Shown here one piece after another: positions 1 through 8,121 of a DNA stretch of 53,947 nucleotides. Both the position numbers and the translations under genes were made by a program. The notes beneath the pieces are model-generated. The model saw only the letters and a list, made by a program, of their open reading frames with translations, did no database searches and was not told where the DNA came from. How positions within the stretch are numbered: the first letter of the stretch is position 1; each line of letters opens with the position of its first letter. Source of the stretch: an uncultured Bacilli bacterium (GTDB taxonomy: Bacteria; Bacillota_I; Bacilli_A; RF39; UBA660); NCBI GenBank assembly GCA_947629135.1, contig CANRCN010000002.1:1-53947 (forward strand). The letters run 5' to 3'.

Positions 1-126
1 GGTGATAATGTAACTATTACAGTTGAATTAATTCACCCAATTGCTCTTGAACAAGGTACTAAATTCTCTATCCGTGAGGGTGGAAGAACTGTTGGTGCTG
101 GTACAGTTAGCAAGATTGATAAATAA
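1..126 (+). CDS. tuf: Elongation factor Tu, C-terminal 41 codons (5' end cut off by the window edge)
   Basis: Frame 1 reads [41 protein letters not shown], the conserved EF-Tu domain-3 C-terminus. Stop TAA is at 124-126 and a hairpin terminator follows. Confidence 0.9.
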   Translation, partial: GDNVTITVELIHPIALEQGTKFSIREGGRTVGAGTVSKIDK

Positions 127-134
127 TAGAAATT

Positions 135-160
135 AAGTCAAGTTTAGACTTGGCTTTTTC
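135..160 (+). terminator. Rho-independent terminator after tuf
   Basis: AAGTCAAGT / ACTTGGCTT form a 9-bp stem (one G-T pair) with loop TTAG, followed by TTTC. Confidence 0.6.
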
Positions 161-198
161 TTTAATAAAATAAAAAATTAATTAAGGAAGGTAAAAAA

Positions 199-453
199 AT
201 GAATGAGATAAATTTAACAACTGAAACAGCTATTTCTAATATGATAAGAGTATTAGAAAGCAGAGAATTTGCTGGTAGTTTTGATGATAATCAAAGAGCA
301 TTAATTAGAGATACTATAAGAAATCATGTTTATCAAATGGCTCTTATGATGCGAGATGGACAATTAACCCAAAATATTAGTCAAACTCCAACTGCAACTC
401 AAACTCAAGCTGATAATCTTTGGGGAGAAAATACACCAAAATCATATTTATAA
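199..453 (+). CDS. Hypothetical small protein (84 aa)
   Basis: The ORF has a good RBS (AAGGAAGG, 8 nt before the ATG) and is followed by a terminator. I recognise no family. Confidence 0.5.
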   Translation: MNEINLTTETAISNMIRVLESREFAGSFDDNQRALIRDTIRNHVYQMALMMRDGQLTQNISQTPTATQTQADNLWGENTPKSYL

Positions 454-470
454 TTTGTAAACAATATGTA

Positions 471-503
471 AATAGACACTATTTAACTGGTGTCTATTTT
501 TTG
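471..503 (+). terminator. Rho-independent terminator
   Basis: AATAGACAC ... GTGTCTATT stem followed by a T-run. Confidence 0.6.
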
Positions 504-763
504 ATATTATAAAAAATAATAATTTGTTTATAATAAGAAAATCTTTTTTTACTTATAAAATAACAAATTAAACATAAAAAACAAACTAATACTTAATTTG
601 TCAATTTACAAAATTCAACAAATTAAATAATTCATATTATAACAATGCTTAGATTGCTTAATATCTAAAATTATAGAAATGAAAATGAAAAACGATAATA
701 CCTTTTGCATAAACTATAAATATGTGATATAATCATTATATAAAATAAAAAAGGATTGATGAT

Positions 764-1963
764 ATGAAAATAAGAAATATAATTTTAATTTGTTTAATTG
801 TATTTTTAATTGTACCTGCTCATGTTGAGGCTAGAACTTTAAGAGATTTTCGAAATGATCTTTCGGCTTTACAAAAAAAGAAAGCTGATCAAGAAGCAGG
901 TAAAGCTTTAAAGGAACAAGAAATAAGTAGTGTTAATAAAAAAATAGAGCAAACTACTAATACGATTAAAGAGCATGAAAATACAATTGCTAAATTAACT
1001 AAAGAAATAGAAATTCTTAATGATCAAGCAAAAGAAAGAGAACTTGAAATTAAAGAAGTTTTACATTTCTTGCAAATTGCTAATGGTGAAAGTGCATATT
1101 TGGAATATATTTTTGGAGCTAAAGATATAACAGATTTTATTTATAGAAGTGCTGTAAGTGGACAATTAGTATCTTATAATGATAAATTAATTGATGAATA
1201 TAATGCAACTATTAAGAAAAATGAACAAAAGCAAAAAGATTTAAAGGCAGAATTAACAAGTCTTGATAAAAAACAGAAAGAATTAGAAAGTAGTTTATCT
1301 TCGCTTGGTAAGGAATTGAATTCAATGCTAGATGTTTCGATGTCAATTGATGAAGAAATTAAAGCTGTTCAAAAAAATATTAAAATGTATGAAGATTTAG
1401 GGTGTAAAGAAGATCAAGATATTAATTCATGTACAAGCAAAGTTCCATATTCTGGAAATTTTGTAAGGCCGCTTACTAATGGTAGAATTACAAGTAGCTA
1501 TGGTTGGCGTTGTTATACAAGACCTAATGGCAAATATATCTGTGATATGCATAATGGAGTTGATCTTGCTGGAGGAGATACAAATGTTTATGCAGCAGCT
1601 CCTGGAACAGTTGGGGCAATTCATATGTACCAAAGTTGTGGTGGTAATATGATATTTATTCATCATAATATTGGTGGAAATTATTATACAACAGCATACT
1701 TTCATACTAAGAATATCAGAGTTAAAGTTGGAGATTATGTTGATCAAAATACGGTAATAGCTACAATGGGTGGAGATCCTTCAACCTGGTGGTATGATGG
1801 TTGTTCAACGGGACAACATCTTCACTTTGCAGTTGCCAGAGGACTTTATATGAAAGAGTATTCTACTTGGAATCAATATATTTCACATAACGTTAATCCA
1901 ACTTCTGTTGTTAATTTCCCTGGACCTGGAGTTTGGTTTGCTAATCGTGTTCAAAGATATTAA
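764..1963 (+). CDS. Secreted M23 (LytM-type) metallopeptidase with an N-terminal coiled coil (PcsB/EnvC-like architecture)
   Basis: The protein has an N-terminal signal/TM segment and a long heptad-like K/E-rich region. The C-terminal domain carries HNGVDLAG and GQHLHFAV (the HxxxD and HxH zinc motifs of M23). Confidence 0.85.
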   Translation: MKIRNIILICLIVFLIVPAHVEARTLRDFRNDLSALQKKKADQEAGKALKEQEISSVNKKIEQTTNTIKEHENTIAKLTKEIEILNDQAKERELEIKEVLHFLQIANGESAYLEYIFGAKDITDFIYRSAVSGQLVSYNDKLIDEYNATIKKNEQKQKDLKAELTSLDKKQKELESSLSSLGKELNSMLDVSMSIDEEIKAVQKNIKMYEDLGCKEDQDINSCTSKVPYSGNFVRPLTNGRITSSYGWRCYTRPNGKYICDMHNGVDLAGGDTNVYAAAPGTVGAIHMYQSCGGNMIFIHHNIGGNYYTTAYFHTKNIRVKVGDYVDQNTVIATMGGDPSTWWYDGCSTGQHLHFAVARGLYMKEYSTWNQYISHNVNPTSVVNFPGPGVWFANRVQRY

Positions 1964-1970
1964 AATAAAA

Positions 1971-1995
1971 AGTGTCGATTTTCGACATTTTTTTA
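1971..1995 (+). terminator. Rho-independent terminator
   Basis: TGTCG ATTTT CGACA hairpin followed by T7. Confidence 0.6.
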
Positions 1996-2028
1996 TTATT
2001 TAAATATATATAATAGATTTGTGATTAT

Positions 2029-2199
2029 ATGAAAGTGAAAATATTTGATGAAGAACATGAAAGTGATTTAGAAAAAAGTATTAATGATTTTTTAGAAAAA
2101 GAAGATGTTGAAGTTGTTGATATTAAGCTTCAAACTGCAATTGCAGTCTCTGGTGAAGAACAGATTTATTGTTTTACAGCTATGATTATTTATACTTAG
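2029..2199 (+). CDS. Cse60-like small sporulation protein (56 aa; absent from the supplied ORF track)
   Basis: ATG 2029 to TAG 2197-2199 translates to MKVKIFDEEHESDLEKSINDFLEKEDVEVVDIKLQTAIAVSGEEQIYCFTAMIIYT. From memory, this matches the Cse60 pattern (V/KIFDEEHE.DLE..IN.FL ... GE.QIYCF.AM..Y). Confidence 0.6.
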   Translation: MKVKIFDEEHESDLEKSINDFLEKEDVEVVDIKLQTAIAVSGEEQIYCFTAMIIYT

Positions 2200-2438
2200 A
2201 GCATATACATATTATCGTTATCTTCTTTAGTATAATTACTCTTTAAAAAAGTTGGATTCCCTCCTTCTAAACGATTTACTTTATTTTCAAGCATTCGAAT
2301 TTCTCGTTCTAATCTATTAAGTTTATTATTAATTCTTTCAATCATTACTTCAAAATAATTAGTTTCAAAATTCCCGTTATTTAGATTGCCGTTAGAATTA
2401 GGATTAAAGTCTCCAAAATATGGCATTTGATTATTCAT
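2196..2438 (-). CDS. Hypothetical Asn-rich coiled-coil protein
   Basis: I moved the start to the ATG preceded by GAGGTGA; the track's GTG start lies inside that RBS. The gene converges on the cse60-like gene and overlaps it by 4 nt. Confidence 0.45.
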   Translation of the reverse strand: MNNQMPYFGDFNPNSNGNLNNGNFETNYFEVMIERINNKLNRLEREIRMLENKVNRLEGGNPTFLKSNYTKEDNDNMYML

Positions 2439-2518
2439 AAAATTCACCTCTATTTTATTATATGTACTTTTTCAAATTTGGTTTTTGATGTATAATATAA
2501 TTAAGAAAAAGGTGAATT

Positions 2519-3154
2519 ATGAGACAAAGAAATGTTAAAAACAAAAATGAAATAATTGCTAATTCAAAATACTTTATAGAAAATCCTACGGAATATAAGG
2601 GACATTGGCAAGATGTATTTAAAAATCAAAATCCTATTCATGTTGAAATAGGTATGGGAAAAGGTAAATTTATAATTGAAAATGCTTTAAAATATAAAAA
2701 TATAAATTTTATTGGAATAGAAAAATTTGATAGTATTTTAGCACTTGCTTTAAAAAAAATACCTGATGATTTAGATAATTTAAAAATGATAAGATTAGAT
2801 GCTATAAATATAGATGATGTATTTAAAAATGAAATTACAACGGTTTATTTAAATTTTTCTGATCCCTGGCCTAAAGCAAGACATGAAAAGAGAAGGTTAA
2901 CTAGTTTTAATTTCTTAGAAAAATATGATCATATTTTTAAAGATAGAAATCATATTATCATGAAAACTGATAATAAAGATTTATTTGCTTATAGTATTAA
3001 GTCTTTAAATAATTATGGTTATCAAATTGAAGATTTAACATTTGATCTTAATTCTTTGAATGATTTAGAAAATATTCAAAGTGAATATGAGGAGAAATTT
3101 ACAAAACTTAACAATCCTATCTATAAAATTGAGGTAAACAAGAAGAAAAATTAA
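2519..3154 (+). CDS. trmB: tRNA (guanine46-N7)-methyltransferase
   Basis: The motifs HVEIGMGKGKF, FSDPWPKARHEKRRL and the 211-aa size are typical of TrmB. Confidence 0.9.
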   Translation: MRQRNVKNKNEIIANSKYFIENPTEYKGHWQDVFKNQNPIHVEIGMGKGKFIIENALKYKNINFIGIEKFDSILALALKKIPDDLDNLKMIRLDAINIDDVFKNEITTVYLNFSDPWPKARHEKRRLTSFNFLEKYDHIFKDRNHIIMKTDNKDLFAYSIKSLNNYGYQIEDLTFDLNSLNDLENIQSEYEEKFTKLNNPIYKIEVNKKKN

Positions 3155-3211
3155 AAAAAGGGTATATATTTGTGAAAAAATTTGATATAATGAAAAAAGA
3201 GTAGGTGGAAT

Positions 3212-3892
3212 ATGAAAAAATTTATATGTCTCTCTCTAATAGTTTTACTTCTTGGAGGATGTACAATAACTAGAATTCAAGAAGATAGCTTTGAAAATAT
3301 AATTAATACAGTTTTATATAAAGATACGAATTTAGCAAACTCAACATTTGATGGTTATAAGTTTTATTTACCTCGTGGAACAATTGTTTCGGGAAAAAAA
3401 CAATCTAATTTGGAAATTAAAGATTCTAAAAATTATTATTACTTGTATGTTGATACTATTTCTTATTATTATAAGACTCGTGAAACTCATGAAGTAGATG
3501 ATAATATCTTTTATTCTAAAGATTTAAATTATGGTGATAATTTTGGTTATATTGATATTTCTAAAGTAAATAATAAATATTTCGTTGAAATTATGTATAA
3601 CTATGCAAAAATTGAGGCTTATGTTGAAGAAGATACCTTATATGATGCATTTTTAAATATGTGTTATATCTTATCAACTATTGACTTTAATGAAAGTGTT
3701 ATCAATTATAGATTAAGTAACAAGGAACTTGAGACGACAACTGAGGAATTTAATATATTTAAATCAAAGAAAGATGCTGATAACTTCTTACAATATATAG
3801 AAGAATTTGATAAATATGAAGGTGAAAAGGATAATAATACTAACATAGGTCAAGACCAAGATAGTCTAGAGACTGACAAGACAAATGAATAA
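3212..3892 (+). CDS. Putative lipoprotein, function unknown
   Basis: There is a signal peptide with the lipobox LLLGG-C and a strong RBS. Confidence 0.6.
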   Translation: MKKFICLSLIVLLLGGCTITRIQEDSFENIINTVLYKDTNLANSTFDGYKFYLPRGTIVSGKKQSNLEIKDSKNYYYLYVDTISYYYKTRETHEVDDNIFYSKDLNYGDNFGYIDISKVNNKYFVEIMYNYAKIEAYVEEDTLYDAFLNMCYILSTIDFNESVINYRLSNKELETTTEEFNIFKSKKDADNFLQYIEEFDKYEGEKDNNTNIGQDQDSLETDKTNE

Positions 3893-3906
3893 GGAAGGTG
3901 ATTAAA

Positions 3907-4875
3907 ATGGGATTTGTAGATAAATTAAAAAATCTTTTCTTTGAAGAAGAGGAAGAAGAAGAGATTGAAGATACAAGACCTTTAAGAAAAATACGTGAAA
4001 AAGAAAAAACAAAAGAAATAGAAAAAGTTGTTGAAAAAGAACCAAAAGTTGAAAAAGAAATAATTGCTAAAAAAGTAGAACTTCCAAAACGTAAAAAAGA
4101 GGAAGTAATAGAACAGAGTAATGTTGAAGAAATTACATATGAAGCACCAAAAAAGGCTCCAAAGGTTGAAGAATATGTAGAACTTCCAAAAGAAACTAGA
4201 GATGTTGAGAAACCAACAGTCAAAAAAGAATCATCTAAGATAAACAATATGATATTTGATGATGAAGATTTTCTATTGAATGATATTAAACCTAAGGAAG
4301 AATCGAAGGCTGCTGAGAGAAATTATCGACTTAGAGATACTTATCAAGAGAAAGAAGTTAGGGAAAAAGAATCATCATCTTACGAATATAGAAAAAAAGA
4401 AGAGAAACCAAAGGGATTTACCCCATCACCAATTATTTCACCAATTTATGGAATTCTTGATAAAAATTACAAGAAAGAAGAGGTTAAAGAAAAGAAAGAA
4501 ATTCGAATTACAAGTCGAGTTAGTCGAGTTGATTTAGATTCAGTTCGAAATAAAGCTTTTGGAGACTTAGAAAATGATTTATTCCCAGGTAGTGTTGATG
4601 ATGAAGATGATAATCAATCAGAAACACCTAACCAAAATATGGAACAAATGAAAGAAAATATTGAAGATGATGGTAAACCAGTTGTTGAAAAAGTAACTTT
4701 AGGAGAAGCTGACGAATATTATAGTGATTTAGGTCTTGCTTATAATACTGATTATAAAGATATCTCAAAAGAAATAAATGATGGTAAAGTTAAAACTAAG
4801 AAAAAAGATGAAGGAGAAAGGCTAGAAGATAATCTATTTGATTTAATAGAAGAAAGATATGATAGGGAGGATTAA
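3907..4875 (+). CDS. Glu/Lys-rich low-complexity protein, function unknown
   Basis: ATG 3907 follows AAGGAAGGTGA (the track's GTG start lies within the RBS). The protein has a long E/K-rich charged region and a short conserved-looking patch, FTPSPIISPIYGILDKNY. Confidence 0.55.
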   Translation: MGFVDKLKNLFFEEEEEEEIEDTRPLRKIREKEKTKEIEKVVEKEPKVEKEIIAKKVELPKRKKEEVIEQSNVEEITYEAPKKAPKVEEYVELPKETRDVEKPTVKKESSKINNMIFDDEDFLLNDIKPKEESKAAERNYRLRDTYQEKEVREKESSSYEYRKKEEKPKGFTPSPIISPIYGILDKNYKKEEVKEKKEIRITSRVSRVDLDSVRNKAFGDLENDLFPGSVDDEDDNQSETPNQNMEQMKENIEDDGKPVVEKVTLGEADEYYSDLGLAYNTDYKDISKEINDGKVKTKKKDEGERLEDNLFDLIEERYDRED

Positions 4876-4877
4876 AA

Positions 4878-5159
4878 ATGGATTTTTTATTACTTTTACT
4901 AGCGGTTTTTGGAATAATTTTGATAATTACTTTAATAATATTATGTGTAAGGCTTAATTTTACACTTTCAAGAATTAATTTGTTACTTGATGATGTTAAT
5001 GAAAAAATGGAAGTTGTTGATCAGGTATTTACTTTAGTTTCGAAAGTTACCAGTTCAATTAATTTAGTTAATGATAAAATAGCTGGAATGATAACTTCTG
5101 TAATTACGAGCTTAATTACAAAAATTAAAAAAAAGAAAGAGGAAGAGGAGGAATTTTAA
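4878..5159 (+). CDS. DUF948-like small membrane protein
   Basis: The protein has one N-terminal TM helix and a coiled C-terminal part. It sits immediately upstream of a YtxH-like gene, which is the usual pairing. Confidence 0.5.
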   Translation: MDFLLLLLAVFGIILIITLIILCVRLNFTLSRINLLLDDVNEKMEVVDQVFTLVSKVTSSINLVNDKIAGMITSVITSLITKIKKKKEEEEEF

Positions 5160-5160
5160 T

Positions 5161-5583
5161 ATGTCAAAGAGAAGTGTTGGTAATTTAGCTTTAGGTGTTG
5201 CAATAGGAGCAAGTTTAGGAATCTTGTTTGCACCTAAAAAAGGAAGTGAAACAAGAAAGGATTTAAAAGATAGGATGCTTGATTTAGTATCCAAAGCTAA
5301 AGAATTAAGTATTTCAGATGTTTCAGATATGGTTCAAGATAGAATTACAGAAATTAGAAAAGATTTAAATGATTTAGACAAGGAAAAAGTATTAAAAGTT
5401 GCCCAAGAAAAATCTGAGGTAATTAAGAAAAAATGTGAAGATTTAGTTGAACTTGCAATTCAAAAAGGAACACCAGTTTTAAAAGAAGCAGCTGAAGAAG
5501 TTCGAGATAAGACAATAGTTGTTATGAAAGATATGATTGCTAAACTTGAAAAAGCTGGAGTTGAACATAAAAAAGAAAAATAA
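5161..5583 (+). CDS. YtxH-domain protein (general-stress-like)
   Basis: The N-terminus GVAIGASLGILFAPKKGSETRKDLKD is the YtxH signature, and the rest is helical and charged. Confidence 0.65.
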   Translation: MSKRSVGNLALGVAIGASLGILFAPKKGSETRKDLKDRMLDLVSKAKELSISDVSDMVQDRITEIRKDLNDLDKEKVLKVAQEKSEVIKKKCEDLVELAIQKGTPVLKEAAEEVRDKTIVVMKDMIAKLEKAGVEHKKEK

Positions 5584-5606
5584 TTGGCTTAGGCCAATTT
5601 TTTTTA
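5582..5606 (+). terminator. Rho-independent terminator
   Basis: ATTGGC TTAG GCCAAT hairpin followed by T8. Confidence 0.65.
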
Positions 5607-5700
5607 TGTTCTTTTTCTTTACATAAAAGTGTCCACTATCTTTTAATTTTCTAAAAGTTATTATATAATTAAATTATAGTAAAGTAGAGGGTAAGATATT

Positions 5701-6312
5701 ATGAACGATGAATTAAATAGTTTAATTAGTCTAACTCATGAAATATTTGATATTATCAAGAATGATTACTTAAAGTATTTAACAGAAGAAAAAAAAGAGT
5801 TTCTAAATAGTGAAGAATATAAAAATCTTTTTACAATAGAAGATGATATAATCTATTATAAAAAAGATGGCTTTTCTTATCCTTTAAAAAAAGAAAATTT
5901 AACTATTGAAGTTTTAATCTTTATGTGTCTTGCTAGTTTATGTGGAAATCTTTCTCCTTTAAAAATATGTTTAATTACTTCAGAAATAGATGAACTTATT
6001 GAAAAAAATAATTTAGAAAGAAATATAGAATCTTTAGATTTTGAATTAATTGATGTAATAAAGAGTAGGATTTTAAATGATTTACCTTATAATATAATTT
6101 TTTTAGATACTGATATTGATATATTTAATTATTTAGTTGAAGAAAAAGGAATAAGAATAGCTAAAATGTATTATGAAATAGGACATGAACTTAATAAGGC
6201 TTATCAAGATAAAGAATTTAATCCTTTAGAATATTTTTTAACTTATAGAAATCAAGAATATGAAACTAGTTATGATTTAGTATATAACTTTATTAAGGAG
6301 AGAATAATTTAG
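5701..6312 (+). CDS. Hypothetical protein (203 aa)
   Basis: A long ORF with an RBS. I recognise no motif. Confidence 0.5.
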   Translation: MNDELNSLISLTHEIFDIIKNDYLKYLTEEKKEFLNSEEYKNLFTIEDDIIYYKKDGFSYPLKKENLTIEVLIFMCLASLCGNLSPLKICLITSEIDELIEKNNLERNIESLDFELIDVIKSRILNDLPYNIIFLDTDIDIFNYLVEEKGIRIAKMYYEIGHELNKAYQDKEFNPLEYFLTYRNQEYETSYDLVYNFIKERII

Positions 6313-6343
6313 AATTAAAATCATAGTATTTAGTGGTGATACT

Positions 6344-6826
6344 ATGAAATTTAAATTAAGTGATAATACTAAAATTTTTATAATAGCTTTAATTATTCCT
6401 TTAGCAGTTGGTTTTTTATCTTTTTTATTAACTAAGAATGGAATTAGTTATTATTCTAATAATCTTATTAAACCAACATTTGCTCCTAAAGGATATATCT
6501 TTGGAATAGTTTGGACAATTCTTTATATATTGATGGGAATATCAAGTTATTTAATTTATAAAGATATGTCTTGTCATAAGGATACGTGTTTATTAATTTA
6601 TGGTCTTAATTTAGTTTTAAATTTTTTATGGCCACTTATTTTCTTTAATTTAGAAGCGAGACTTTTTGCTTTTATCTTTATAATTTTCTTAGATATAGTA
6701 GTAATTTATATGATAGTTTGTTTCTATGGCATATCTAAAAAGGCAGCTTATTTACAAATACCATATCTGATTTGGTTAATATTTGCAACAATTTTAAATT
6801 ATAGTGTTTATTTTTTAAATCGTTAA
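6344..6826 (+). CDS. tspO: TspO/MBR family tryptophan-rich sensory protein
   Basis: The protein is 160 aa with five TM segments, and carries KPTFAPKGYIFGIVWTILYILMG and LWPLIFF motifs. Confidence 0.75.
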   Translation: MKFKLSDNTKIFIIALIIPLAVGFLSFLLTKNGISYYSNNLIKPTFAPKGYIFGIVWTILYILMGISSYLIYKDMSCHKDTCLLIYGLNLVLNFLWPLIFFNLEARLFAFIFIIFLDIVVIYMIVCFYGISKKAAYLQIPYLIWLIFATILNYSVYFLNR

Positions 6827-6852
6827 ATGTATAATATTCATAGGTGAGGCCT

Positions 6853-8046
6853 ATGAATATTATTTTTCATATTGATGTTAATAATGCCTTTTTATCTTGG
6901 AGTGCAGTTTATCTTTTACAAAATGATTATAAAGAAGATATACGAGAAGTTCCTAGTGTTATAGCAGGAGATGAGACTAAAAGACATGGAATTGTATTAG
7001 CTAAAAGTGAGGTTGCTAAAAAGTATGGAATTAAAACAGCTGAAACTTTACATATGGCTAGAACTAAATGTAAGAATCTTCAAGTTTTTCCTCCTAATTT
7101 TAAATTTTATAAAGAAATGTCAAATAAATTATATGAATATTTTTTAACTTTTACCCCTGATGTTGAAAGATTTTCAATTGATGAATGTTTTCTTGATTTA
7201 TCCAATACAACTCTTTTATATGATGATATTTTAGCTTTAGCTTATAAAATGAAAAATGAAATTAAAGAAAATTTTGGTTTTACAGTTAATATTGGAATAG
7301 GTAATAATAAATTATGTGCTAAAATGGCAGGAGATTTTTCAAAACCTGATAAAGTACATACTTTATTTAATAATGAAATTAAAAGTAAACTTTGGCCTTT
7401 ACCAATTGAAGATTTGTTATTTATTGGTAAAAGTAGTAGTCAAGAACTTAGAAAATTAAATATTAAAACAATTGGAGATTTAGCTAATGCTGATCCTGAA
7501 TTAATACGTAAATATTTTAAAAATCGTAGTACTTTCATGATAGAATATGCAAATGGAATAGATAATTCTAAAGTAATTAGTAAAAGTGGAAAGAATAAAT
7601 GTATTAGTTTTTCTGAAACTTTAGAGTTTGATAGTAATGATAAAGAATTTTTAAAAAGAAAAATTATGATTATGTGTGAGAAAATTGGGCTTAAATTAAG
7701 AAAAGATAAACTATTTGCTAGAACTATTGCAATTACTATAAAAACTAACTATTTTAAGGATTATTCTCATCAAAAAAAATTAGTTAATGAAACTAATAGT
7801 ACAATGGAATTATATAAAAATGCTTTAGATATTTTAGATATTACTATTGGAGATAATTTAGTTAGAAATATTGGAGTTAGAGTATCTGATTTAGTTAAAA
7901 CCAAAAATAGTCAAATTTCTTTATTTGATAATACTAATCCTTTAGATGAAGATAAGATTCAAGAAGTAGTTGATGATATTAATCAAAAGTATAATGATTT
8001 AAAAATAATGCCAGCAGTTTTTTATAAAAAAGATAAGGAAAAATAA
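6853..8046 (+). CDS. dinB: Y-family DNA polymerase (DinB / Pol IV-like)
   Basis: ATG 6853 follows AGGTGAGG. The motifs HIDVNNAF and FSIDECFLDL carry the catalytic Asp/Glu, and a little-finger region follows. Confidence 0.85.
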   Translation: MNIIFHIDVNNAFLSWSAVYLLQNDYKEDIREVPSVIAGDETKRHGIVLAKSEVAKKYGIKTAETLHMARTKCKNLQVFPPNFKFYKEMSNKLYEYFLTFTPDVERFSIDECFLDLSNTTLLYDDILALAYKMKNEIKENFGFTVNIGIGNNKLCAKMAGDFSKPDKVHTLFNNEIKSKLWPLPIEDLLFIGKSSSQELRKLNIKTIGDLANADPELIRKYFKNRSTFMIEYANGIDNSKVISKSGKNKCISFSETLEFDSNDKEFLKRKIMIMCEKIGLKLRKDKLFARTIAITIKTNYFKDYSHQKKLVNETNSTMELYKNALDILDITIGDNLVRNIGVRVSDLVKTKNSQISLFDNTNPLDEDKIQEVVDDINQKYNDLKIMPAVFYKKDKEK

Positions 8047-8121
8047 AATTGTCAATATGTGTCAATTATATTTATTTTATAACTTATTTAGTATATTATA
8101 TGTATATGGAGGTTTGGATAT

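Noticed and set aside
1427-1747. Other antisense track ORFs: 1427-1747, 5112-5294, 9198-9383, 9762-10031, 11995-12384, 15337-15528, 18125-18319, 28897-29250, 35600-35830, 37160-37480, 39516-39704 and 41091-41402
   Set aside because: Every one is fully nested opposite or within a motif-supported gene, and all have low-complexity translations.
3840-4537. Track ORFs 3840-4247 (-) and 4280-4537 (+) inside the Glu/Lys-rich gene
   Set aside because: These are shadow ORFs produced by the GAA/AAG-rich repeats. Their products are low-complexity Ser/Phe- or Lys/Arg-rich, they have no RBS, and they overlap a better-supported gene entirely.
6790-8121. A LexA/DinR SOS box (CGAAC-N4-GTTCG) upstream of the Y-family polymerase or of the tandem AAA+ gene
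   Set aside because: I found no such palindrome in either upstream region. Only a TGTCAAT direct repeat occurs at about 8050-8068, and it does not resemble a known operator.
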